A DNA stretch of 64,000 bases. Origin: Candidatus Omnitrophota bacterium. GTDB lineage: Bacteria; Omnitrophota; Gorgyraeia; B26-G9. Of this stretch, positions 1 through 8,351 are shown piece by piece. The notes below the pieces were generated by a model. That model was not told the DNA's origin and did not search any database. It saw only the letters and a program-made list of their open reading frames with translations. Numbering within the stretch: the first letter of the stretch is position 1; the number at the start of each line of letters is the position of its first letter. The stretch lies in contig JAHITY010000062.1 of the NCBI GenBank assembly GCA_018817165.1, positions 26,958 to 90,957 on the forward strand. Direction: 5' to 3'. The position numbers and the translations under genes were made by a program.

Positions 1-945
1 ATTCCTCAAGACGGGAGATTTAAAGTAAGGCTTGGTGAAAAAGAAGTTGATTTTCGTGTTTCTGTTTTGCCAATAAGTTTTGGCGAAAAAGTAGTAATGC
101 GTGCTTTGGATAAAGCTAATCTTAGCATTGGTCTTGAAGCTTTAGGGTTTTTACCGCAAGCAATGGATGCTTTTGCTTACGCGGTTGCTCAGCCTTATGG
201 AATGATTTTGGTAACCGGTCCAACGGGAAGCGGAAAGTCTACCACTTTGTATTCAGTTTTAAATAAGCTTAATATCCCTGAGCGAAATTTGATTACAATT
301 GAAGATCCGGTTGAATATCAGGTTGATGGGATAACTCAGGTTCAGGTAAAAGCAGATGTTGGGCTTACTTTTGGCCAAGGACTGCGGGCAATTTTGCGTC
401 AGAATCCTGATATTCTGATGGTTGGAGAAATTCGTGATTTTGAGACAGGGGATATCGCGGTAAAAGCTGCTTTGACGGGAGCATTGCTCTTGAGCACTTT
501 ACATACTAATGATGCTCCGGGCGCGGTAACTCGAATGATCGATATGGGGATTGAGCCTTTTTTGATCGCGAGTAGTGTTATCGCGGTTGCCGCGCAGCGT
601 TTAGCGCGTTCAATTTGTAAGAACTGTAAGGAGCCTTATAAAATTCCTCAATCGGTTTTAGATCGCATGGGGCTGGTGGTGGATGCGGAAACAATTACAG
701 TATATCGCGGCAAAGGTTGTGATAATTGCGGCGGGACGGGATATAAAGGGCGTTTTGCGATTTTGGAAGTAATGGTGGTGAATGATCATATCAGAGAAAT
801 GATCATGAATCGAAATTCCAGTGATGAAATAAAACGTTATGCTCGAAAAAACGGGATGTTGACATTGCGTGATTCCGGTATTCAGAATTTTCTTAGAGGT
901 CAGACAACCTTGGAAGAAGTATTAAGAGTGACAGCTAAAGATTAA
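1..945 (+). CDS. pilB: Type IV pilus assembly ATPase PilB/GspE family, 5'-truncated by the window edge
   Basis: Frame is open from base 1 (IPQDGRF...). Walker A GPTGSGKST, TIEDPVEY, LRQNPDILMVGEIRD and tetracysteine CxxC...CxxC motifs; adjacent to pilC. Confidence 0.93.
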   Translation: MPQDGRFKVRLGEKEVDFRVSVLPISFGEKVVMRALDKANLSIGLEALGFLPQAMDAFAYAVAQPYGMILVTGPTGSGKSTTLYSVLNKLNIPERNLITIEDPVEYQVDGITQVQVKADVGLTFGQGLRAILRQNPDILMVGEIRDFETGDIAVKAALTGALLLSTLHTNDAPGAVTRMIDMGIEPFLIASSVIAVAAQRLARSICKNCKEPYKIPQSVLDRMGLVVDAETITVYRGKGCDNCGGTGYKGRFAILEVMVVNDHIREMIMNRNSSDEIKRYARKNGMLTLRDSGIQNFLRGQTTLEEVLRVTAKD

Positions 946-1047
946 ATTTTTGAAATTATTAAAATATAGTTATAAAAAAATATTTTTGTTGTATAATAAC
1001 TGTAAGTAAAATTAAAAACATCTGCTTTGATTTAATAAGGAGGAGAA

Positions 1048-2256
1048 ATGCCTTTATTTAAGTATGTCGCAAAAGATGAAGACGGCAATGCGGTTAATGA
1101 TCTGATTGAAGCAAAAGACGAAATGGTTGCTCTGGATATGCTCAGGGTTAAAAACCTGATCATTATCTCGATTACTGAACAAAAAGCCGAGAAAGTAGCC
1201 AAGGCAAAAATGGGGAGTAAAAAAATTAAACCGGAAGAGCTGGTTATTTTTTCCCGCCAGTTGGCTACAATGGTAAATGCTGGAATTCCGCTTGTGCAAA
1301 GTCTGGATATTTTAAGCGAACAGATGGAAAGTATAACTTTTAGAAATGTGGTAACCACGATCAGAAGTGATGTTGAATCAGGATCAAGTTTGTCCGCGGC
1401 TTTGGAAAAACATCCAAAAGTTTTTACTATGCTCTATACGAATATGGTAAGAGCCGGTGAAACCAGCGGTATGCTTGATGAAATTCTTGAGAGACTTGCC
1501 GGTTATTTAGAAAAAAGCGGGTCTTTGGCGCGTAAAGTAAAATCGGCAATGGTTTATCCAGCAGTTGTTTCACTGATGGCTATGGGTATTACTTTAGTCC
1601 TTTTACTTAAAGTTATTCCAACATTTAAAGAAATATTTGCTTCTTTGGGCGGAACGCTTCCCATGCCTACACAAATATTGATTAATATTTCAGATACATT
1701 ACAAGCTTATTTTATATATTGCGTTGCTGTGGTTGTTGGTTTAGGTTTTGCTGTTGCTAAGCTTGTGGAGACTCCTCAGGGTAAATTGCGTTTTGACCAG
1801 ATAAAACTTAGCTTGCCTGTTTTTGGGCCATTGCTGAGAAAAGTTGCTGTTGCCCGGTTTTCTCGAACCTTATCAACTTTGATTAGAAGCGGTGTTCCGA
1901 TTTTAGGCGCTTTGGAGATTGTGGGGAAAACATCGGGAAATGTGGTGATTGAAGCAGCGGTAGAGGGCGCTCGCGTGGGGATTCGTGAAGGTGAAAGTAT
2001 TTCTTCGCCCTTGGCAAAGAGTAAAGCTTTTCCTCCGATGGTAACAAGAATGATTTCTGTGGGAGAAGAATCTGGAGAACTGGAAAAAATGCTTACAAAA
2101 ATTGCTGATTTTTATGAAGATCAGGTTGATGCCGCGGTAAGCGGTTTGACTAGTTTGATTGAGCCATTGATTATTGCTTTTTTAGGTATTGTTGTGGGTT
2201 CAATTGTTATTGCGATGTTTTTACCGATATTCAAGATCAGCGAGCTAATTGGGTAA
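1048..2256 (+). CDS. pilC: Type IV pilus inner-membrane platform protein PilC (GspF family)
   Basis: FSRQLATMVNAGIPL, GETSGMLDEIL and AMFLPIF motifs; AGGAGG RBS. Confidence 0.95.
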   Translation: MPLFKYVAKDEDGNAVNDLIEAKDEMVALDMLRVKNLIIISITEQKAEKVAKAKMGSKKIKPEELVIFSRQLATMVNAGIPLVQSLDILSEQMESITFRNVVTTIRSDVESGSSLSAALEKHPKVFTMLYTNMVRAGETSGMLDEILERLAGYLEKSGSLARKVKSAMVYPAVVSLMAMGITLVLLLKVIPTFKEIFASLGGTLPMPTQILINISDTLQAYFIYCVAVVVGLGFAVAKLVETPQGKLRFDQIKLSLPVFGPLLRKVAVARFSRTLSTLIRSGVPILGALEIVGKTSGNVVIEAAVEGARVGIREGESISSPLAKSKAFPPMVTRMISVGEESGELEKMLTKIADFYEDQVDAAVSGLTSLIEPLIIAFLGIVVGSIVIAMFLPIFKISELIG

Positions 2257-2312
2257 ATTTATAAACTATTGATATATTTAAAGTTGTTTATGTTAAATAC
2301 TTTTAAAAAGTA

Positions 2313-2341
2313 TTGACAAATGATTGTAGCTCATGTATACT
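2313..2341 (+). promoter_or_regulatory. Sigma-70-type promoter for the riboswitch/minor pilin operon
   Basis: TTGACA (2313-2318), 17-nt spacer, TATACT (2336-2341). Confidence 0.75.
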
Positions 2342-2387
2342 TGTATTGTAGGAAAGTACAGGTAAAAATATAATTTTTACCCTTTTA

Positions 2388-2587
2388 TCGATAATGGCAA
2401 ACCCACTGAAAGGTGGGGGCGTTTCTCTGAGATTGCTTACTGGTTAATCCATCAATGAAACTTCGAATGATCTGCTAAATCATATGGGATCAGTCGGAGC
2501 AAAGCTACGGGTCTAATGGTGTTCCTTAATAGACGGCCGGGTTACCGAAATAAAAAGGAAAAGCCAATGATAGCCGAGCTACCGAAA
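2388..2587 (+). ncRNA. Cyclic di-GMP-I (GEMM) riboswitch, atypical: 78-nt insertion and duplicated 3' half
   Basis: GGCAAACCCACT-GAAA-GGTGGGGGC ... GCAAAGCTACGGGTCTAA ... ATGATAGCCGAGCTACCGA matches the GEMM consensus (GAAA tetraloop, UCUAAU/AAUGA receptor, G20/A47/C92 equivalents). It lies upstream of pilin genes and is followed by a terminator. Confidence 0.85.
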
Positions 2588-2610
2588 TAAAAGGTAGGTC
2601 GGTTTTTTGT
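2573..2610 (+). terminator. Intrinsic terminator forming the riboswitch expression platform
   Basis: GCCGAgCTACC-gaaataaaa-GGTAGgTCGGT followed by TTTTTGT. Its 5' arm is the aptamer 3' strand, implying an ON switch. Confidence 0.8.
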
Positions 2611-2635
2611 CTAAAAAAGGGGAGTTGGATAATTT

Positions 2636-3106
2636 ATGCGAAGAAAAAAGGGGTTTACGCTGGTTGAAGTTTTAGTGTCTACATTAATTATGGCAATTGC
2701 GATTACTTCAACTTTACAGATTTTAATTTATTTGCTGCAGATGAATGAAGCCAATCAATCTTCAGTCACTTGTATGAATGAAGTTCAGGGGCGGATGGAT
2801 GCAATAAAAAGTGTGCTTTATGAAGATATTGTGGGTAGTTATAATCGGCTTAATTTTACGTCTGCTGAATTAACCAGTCGCGGAGTTCGGCATAGCGGAA
2901 TAATTTATGCTACTGAAATCCAGCCGCCTTTTCTGATTGATGTTAAAATAGTTGTTTGTTGGGAAAACAAAAATAGAATAATCGGTGAAGATACTAATTT
3001 GAATGGGTTGCTTGATGGCGGAGAAGATACAAATGGTAATGGGATTATTGATTCACCGACAATGATTGAAGGTACAATTTTAAATAGAGCGTATCAGGGG
3101 AGTTGA
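2636..3106 (+). CDS. Minor pilin, PilV-like
   Basis: Class III signal KKG|FTLVEVL; two DxNxNG loops near the C-terminus. Confidence 0.85.
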   Translation: MRRKKGFTLVEVLVSTLIMAIAITSTLQILIYLLQMNEANQSSVTCMNEVQGRMDAIKSVLYEDIVGSYNRLNFTSAELTSRGVRHSGIIYATEIQPPFLIDVKIVVCWENKNRIIGEDTNLNGLLDGGEDTNGNGIIDSPTMIEGTILNRAYQGS

Positions 3107-3109
3107 AAA

Positions 3110-3754
3110 ATGTTGAAGAATAATAATGCTTATACATTGGCTGAACTTTTAGTTTCACTGGCAATTTTCAGTGTGGTTATTGGCTCATTAATGACGATCT
3201 TAATTTCCCAAAATGCTTTTTTTAGTCGGGCTTCAGCATCTGTTGAAGTCGGCGCTAATGCCCGAAAAGTAATGTCTTTGATGGTTAAAGAGCTGCGTTT
3301 GTCTAAAGTAGATCGGGTAGAGGTTTATGATAAAAATGGCAATAAGTATGATAAGGATACGCATCCAGATGGGGCGGATATTTATTTTAAGGTGCCGATA
3401 GATTGTGACAACGACGGAGATAGATTTGATGTGAATGGTAATATCGAATGGGGTTGTGAAGGCGGTTTGGAGTGGTTTATTGAATATTATTTTGACGAAG
3501 CTAATAAAAGAGTTATGCGCCGTTTATTAGACGCGTCTAAAATTGCTCAATCAGAAACTGTGATTGCGAATAATATTAGTGGTTTTTTAATTCAAGGATT
3601 TCATTATAATTTTACAAATAAAATATATGAACCAGATTCTGCGTGCAATGTTCTGCGAATAACGATTACTTCGGAAAGAGATTCTATTTCCGGGCGGATA
3701 TTAGATACTCCTTTGACTTATACTCTAACAAATCAAGTTTCATGGCGCAATTAA
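3110..3754 (+). CDS. Minor pilin, PilW-like
   Basis: Prepilin motif NA|YTLAELLVSLAI; second gene of the minor pilin operon. Confidence 0.8.
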   Translation: MLKNNNAYTLAELLVSLAIFSVVIGSLMTILISQNAFFSRASASVEVGANARKVMSLMVKELRLSKVDRVEVYDKNGNKYDKDTHPDGADIYFKVPIDCDNDGDRFDVNGNIEWGCEGGLEWFIEYYFDEANKRVMRRLLDASKIAQSETVIANNISGFLIQGFHYNFTNKIYEPDSACNVLRITITSERDSISGRILDTPLTYTLTNQVSWRN

Positions 3755-3770
3755 CTTTAAGGAGGGGGCA

Positions 3771-6548
3771 ATGAAAATAATTATGAATAGAAAAGGAACG
3801 ATTCTTGTCGCGACTTATATGGTCTTATGCGTAATCATTGTTGTTGCCAGCTCTTTTTTTTCCATGGTGCTTACGGATAATAAAGCAGTTACCAGAAGTA
3901 ATGATGGAGCAAGAGCTTTGTCAAACGCGGAAAGAGGTATAGCTTATGCTTATTTTGAAGCCTATAATCTTGGCTGGGATTGGAAAACCCATGATTGGCA
4001 TAATGCTGCGCATAAAGTTGAACTTAAGGTAGTGCCTCCAGGCCAGCAGCTTAAAACCCGGCCGGATTGTGATTTTAATGCTGATGGTTTTTTTGTGCAT
4101 GATTCAGGTGATTTCATGATAAAAGCATATCCTGATATGACTCGGGAAAATGATACTGTAGTTGTTTCCATGGGGATTTGCGGCAAAGAGACTAAAGTAT
4201 TAATGTATTATTTAACCCGCAGGGGAATATATGATTTTTTTCTCTATACTCCGTATAATTTAGATCTTTATGCTGCTGTGGGCAATCATCCTGACTTGAA
4301 TGGCGGCGGGATTCATTCAAATGGCGATATTCATATTGATAGCGCGATGCGCCTTGAGGATATTTCTGAATTAAGTACCGGAGAAACCGGCAGAATTTAT
4401 TATGAAGGCAATCAATATATTCCACCTTATTACGCGGATCGTTTGGATGGAATTATGGATGGAAAATCCCCGATAACTAGGTTGGATAGATTGGGTGATG
4501 TATTTCGCGATGACCTTAAATTAGAAACGGGCCCTTTTGGTTATTATAATGCTTATGGTCAATGGAATTGGGATAGCGGAGCAACTTATTTTGTAAATAC
4601 ATCTATTGGTCTGCAAAATTCTTTTCAAAGCACTGAGGGGCATTTTGCCGGTTCAATATTAGATGTTTATAATGTTGCTCCAGGCAAGACGAATATTGTT
4701 AAAAATGACAGCACGGATACATTAAATTCGCAAAATTGTTGGATAAAACCATATATTCTTGATGCGGATGGTAATAAAGTTGCTACAACTTGGACGGAAA
4801 TCCCTGCGGAAATGGATACGCAATGGGAATGGGATAAATACGGTTGGAATAAATATGGCACAGTTGCCGGAGAACAGCCGGTCAGCTTTTATACCTATAA
4901 AGATGATGGAACTAGTGTGGGGGTTGCGAACACGTATTGGGAAATAAATGCCAGTAATAAAGTTGAAATGCTTGATCCGCCAATCGGCGGGACTCCGGAA
5001 CAGTGGGCGGCTTTTAATGCGGCGCATCCTAGCGCAAAGCAGTATTGGGATATGTATTCTACCCCGGAATTTTGGAATGCAACCTATGGCAATTCATCGC
5101 GTGAATACTATGCAGAGATGATCAATCCTGAAGTGCTTGATGGGACTTATGGGGATGAACGCTTAAATAATGATAGTATAATGGTTAATCATACTGATTC
5201 CTTAAAACAACCGAATGATTGGAAAAGTTTTCTTACTAAGTCAGGCTTAGATAATATCGTAAGAGATGGGAATACCGGCGGTGAGTATCTGTCACCGCCT
5301 GATTTTGATCAAACCTACTCCCGCTTAGCAGCGACTGATGGATTATTGCTCGATTTAGATTCTAGTTTTGATGGTGATTATGATGATTATGCTGAATGGC
5401 AGGCTGTGTTGGAAAAAAGTATTGATGCTGCGGTGGATAATCTGAATAAAGATACTAAACATAATGATGTGGCAAAAAAAGTTAAATTCATTAATACTTT
5501 TACCGGTGAATGGAATGTTGTTTTGGAAATTGATTTTGAGAATATGCAAAAAGAAAGCAAGTATCCGAAGAATGGGATTTTGTACACTCGCGTGCCGGTG
5601 AGAATTACCAATGCGGCCAAACTTGCTAGAGCAAAGCCCAAATACGGATTCACTATTTTAGGCGAAGAAAATGTCTATTTAAAAGGGGATTATAATACGG
5701 ATCAATGGGTAACCAGCGCGATTATTTCCAAAAAACGGATATTTACTTTATCGGATGATTTTAATGATCCCCAGGTTAAGCCGGCTTTGGAGCATTATCC
5801 TGACTATCCTTATATTTATGTTAAAAATGATGGCAGTGATAATTATGCCGAAGTTGCCAAAGGAACTGTGGGCGGACAATGGGTAATATTAGATTATTTG
5901 GATGCTGATGGATCAATTGATAAAATTGATTATTATCCGACAATTGATGATGTCAATGAAGCCAATTTGCGGGCAACAATTCTAAACAAAGAAGCGGATT
6001 ATCGCAGTGTGTTTAATAAGGATGATCCCACTGGTGCAGCAGAATCTACCTGGGTCTGGAGCGGAACCGGAGAAAGCTATACTTCCGGGATGATGCCGAA
6101 TAAAGTGCTAAATGATACAACTTATAATGCTTTGATGGCATCTAATCGCTGGTTAGAGTCGTATCAAAGTAATAAGGGGGATATTCTGGAAAATTGGTAT
6201 TATAATGACGGAACAAAAAATATTTCCAAAAAACGTAATTTAAACGGAGCTTTTTTTGTTTTAGAAAATGCGTCAGCCGGCGGTTTTGCCGCGGCAAATA
6301 ATGAATTTGTTGATTATCGCAATGAATCCGGGCTGGGGTATGATCAAAGAGGCCGTTCCCCGGGAACCGGCGATAATTATTCTTATAATCGGGGTTCTTT
6401 TCTGCGGACTTATGATGCGGCGGAATCTATTTCTTATGATGAACAGTTTAGAACTGCTACCAGAGCGCCTTCAGATGTGTTTTTTGGCGGGGCTGAGTCT
6501 TTATGGGCAGAATCAACAGAAGAGTTTTTCTATCAGATGAAATTTTAA
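3771..6548 (+). CDS. Large PilX-like minor pilin / putative pilus-tip adhesin (925 aa)
   Basis: RKG|TILVATYMVL prepilin-like N-terminus lacking E5 (a PilX trait), A..NAERGI helix, and a long Asp/Asn/Trp/Tyr-rich extracellular region. Confidence 0.7.
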   Translation: MKIIMNRKGTILVATYMVLCVIIVVASSFFSMVLTDNKAVTRSNDGARALSNAERGIAYAYFEAYNLGWDWKTHDWHNAAHKVELKVVPPGQQLKTRPDCDFNADGFFVHDSGDFMIKAYPDMTRENDTVVVSMGICGKETKVLMYYLTRRGIYDFFLYTPYNLDLYAAVGNHPDLNGGGIHSNGDIHIDSAMRLEDISELSTGETGRIYYEGNQYIPPYYADRLDGIMDGKSPITRLDRLGDVFRDDLKLETGPFGYYNAYGQWNWDSGATYFVNTSIGLQNSFQSTEGHFAGSILDVYNVAPGKTNIVKNDSTDTLNSQNCWIKPYILDADGNKVATTWTEIPAEMDTQWEWDKYGWNKYGTVAGEQPVSFYTYKDDGTSVGVANTYWEINASNKVEMLDPPIGGTPEQWAAFNAAHPSAKQYWDMYSTPEFWNATYGNSSREYYAEMINPEVLDGTYGDERLNNDSIMVNHTDSLKQPNDWKSFLTKSGLDNIVRDGNTGGEYLSPPDFDQTYSRLAATDGLLLDLDSSFDGDYDDYAEWQAVLEKSIDAAVDNLNKDTKHNDVAKKVKFINTFTGEWNVVLEIDFENMQKESKYPKNGILYTRVPVRITNAAKLARAKPKYGFTILGEENVYLKGDYNTDQWVTSAIISKKRIFTLSDDFNDPQVKPALEHYPDYPYIYVKNDGSDNYAEVAKGTVGGQWVILDYLDADGSIDKIDYYPTIDDVNEANLRATILNKEADYRSVFNKDDPTGAAESTWVWSGTGESYTSGMMPNKVLNDTTYNALMASNRWLESYQSNKGDILENWYYNDGTKNISKKRNLNGAFFVLENASAGGFAAANNEFVDYRNESGLGYDQRGRSPGTGDNYSYNRGSFLRTYDAAESISYDEQFRTATRAPSDVFFGGAESLWAESTEEFFYQMKF

Positions 6549-6582
6549 TTTTAATATTTGTGAAAATTAAATTGGGGGGAAC

Positions 6583-7005
6583 ATGGATATCAAAGTTAAA
6601 ATAACCTTGATCACAACCAGTGTTTTGCTAGTGCTGATTATTAGTACAGGTTTGTACAATACTCTTAATCCAAAAATAAGCTCTATAGTAGAGATTAAGC
6701 CGGTTATTACGCAAAGTTCGCAGAATAATGTGGCGCGGGTAAGACCTAAATTAGGGGAAAAATCAAATTTGCCGCTTAAATTAAATGATTATTATTTTCC
6801 GCAGAGAAATACTGTAAAAGCAAAAGTTGATCCTAATGGGGCTTTAAATCAAGAGGAGCAGGAAGAGGATGCTTTTTTTGAACCAGAGCAGCCGAAGCCT
6901 TTTGATATTATAGCAGACTTTGATGATGATTATGTTCAAGCTCCTGATGCAGCTGGGTCAATGGATTTAAATCCGAGCGGTGATTTGGAACCGCCTGAAG
7001 ATTAA
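6583..7005 (+). CDS. Hypothetical protein with N-terminal membrane anchor and acidic tail
   Basis: GGGGGA RBS, single hydrophobic N-terminal segment, in-operon position. Confidence 0.6.
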   Translation: MDIKVKITLITTSVLLVLIISTGLYNTLNPKISSIVEIKPVITQSSQNNVARVRPKLGEKSNLPLKLNDYYFPQRNTVKAKVDPNGALNQEEQEEDAFFEPEQPKPFDIIADFDDDYVQAPDAAGSMDLNPSGDLEPPED

Positions 7006-7047
7006 GCTGTTTAGATTATTAGGATAAGAGGGGTTGATTTAATTTAT

Positions 7048-7092
7048 AGAGGAAGAACTGAGATTGACTTTTTGTTCTTCCTCTTCTATAAT
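7048..7092 (+). promoter_or_regulatory. Sigma-70 promoter of pilSR overlapped by an 11-bp inverted repeat
   Basis: TTGACT (7064-7069), 17 nt, TATAAT (7087-7092). AGAGGAAGAAC (7048-7058) pairs with GTTCTTCCTCT (7074-7084). Confidence 0.6.
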
Positions 7093-7099
7093 AGGGGCA

Positions 7100-8350
7100 A
7101 TGCAAGTAGACAGAAATTCAATTTATTCAGTAATTTTTTTCCGATTTGCCATTGCCACAGTGATTTTTATTGTCAATACAACGCTTTTTGGCTTAGGGCG
7201 TATTCCGGTTTATTTTATAATTACCGCTATCTATGGTCTGACAATAATGTATTCCTTGCTGACTTTAGCAAATATCTTTAATCGGAAATTTCTTTATGTT
7301 CAGATTTTTCTTGATTTGATTATGGAAACATTATTGGTTCATTATACCGGAGGGGTTAATTCGGTATTGAGCATTTTGTTTCCCTTGTCGAGTATAGCGG
7401 CGAGTATTATAATTTCTCCGGCAGCGGCAATAATTATTGCTCTTTCAGGTAGTATTATGTATGCGGGCATAGTAACCTTGGAATCTTTGAATATTTTTTC
7501 TGTGCCTGCTCTGGGAGTAAACGCGCTGGTAACTCCCAGCGATTATGTTTTTTCTTTATTGTATTTTAGGGTTACAGTATTTATTGTGATCGGCTTTTTG
7601 AGTTCATACATTGCTGATCAGCTGAGAAAACAAAATAAAGTCGTTCTATCATTACAGGAGAAACTGCGCCGAGAAGACCGTTTGTCGGCTATCGGCAAAC
7701 TTGCGGCAAGTACAGCCCATGAGATCCGTAATCCATTGGCTTCAATATCCGGCTGTGTCGAGGCTTTAAAAGATACGATTTATTTAGAAGCAAAAGATAA
7801 AAAATTGTTTGATCTTATTTTAAAAGAAACAGCGCGTTTAAATGATATTATTAATGGTTTGCTTGAATATGTCAAACCGCGAAAACTTAAACTGGAAAAA
7901 ATATCAGTGGATGAGTTGATTGATGAAGTGGTATTTTTGCTTAAAAGCAGCAAGAAATTCAATCAAAATATAATTATAAAAAAAGAAAACTCTTTGCCTG
8001 AGGTAATGATTAGCTGTGATCCCCAGCAGATAAAGCAGGTTTTGTTTAATCTTTTGATTAATGCTGTGGAAGCCGTTGATAGTCAAGGGAAAATCATAAT
8101 CAAGCAGAATGTTAAGAAAGATATTAAGGGAATTGAATTAGATATAATTGATAATGGAATCGGCATGTCCAAAGAACAATTAGGTACTCTTTTTGAACCA
8201 TTTTCCAGTGGAAAGGATCAGGGGGTTGGTTTGGGGTTGCCGATAGTAAGTACAATTATAAAGGAACATGGCGGAACTATTAATATTCAAAGTGCTTTAG
8301 GTAAAGGGACGACATTTTCTATCTTTTTACCAGAAAAAATAAAGGAATAG
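7100..8350 (+). CDS. pilS: Membrane sensor histidine kinase PilS
   Basis: Multi-TM N-terminus, H-box AHEIRNPL, N-box and G-boxes. Start moved to ATG 7100 (MQVDR); paired with a sigma-54 regulator and pilin. Confidence 0.85.
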   Translation: MQVDRNSIYSVIFFRFAIATVIFIVNTTLFGLGRIPVYFIITAIYGLTIMYSLLTLANIFNRKFLYVQIFLDLIMETLLVHYTGGVNSVLSILFPLSSIAASIIISPAAAIIIALSGSIMYAGIVTLESLNIFSVPALGVNALVTPSDYVFSLLYFRVTVFIVIGFLSSYIADQLRKQNKVVLSLQEKLRREDRLSAIGKLAASTAHEIRNPLASISGCVEALKDTIYLEAKDKKLFDLILKETARLNDIINGLLEYVKPRKLKLEKISVDELIDEVVFLLKSSKKFNQNIIIKKENSLPEVMISCDPQQIKQVLFNLLINAVEAVDSQGKIIIKQNVKKDIKGIELDIIDNGIGMSKEQLGTLFEPFSSGKDQGVGLGLPIVSTIIKEHGGTINIQSALGKGTTFSIFLPEKIKE

Positions 8351-8351
8351 T

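Noticed and set aside
2421-2498. Riboswitch insert as a hammerhead ribozyme or self-splicing intron
   Set aside because: It has CTGAGA and GAAAC but not the CUGANGA core with correct stem topology, and it is far too short for a group I or II intron.
2514-2576. Resemblance to a fluoride riboswitch (AATGGTGTTC...GCCAATGA)
   Set aside because: The P1 stem and pseudoknot do not form properly; the same bases are explained by the GEMM tetraloop receptor, and the downstream genes are pilins.
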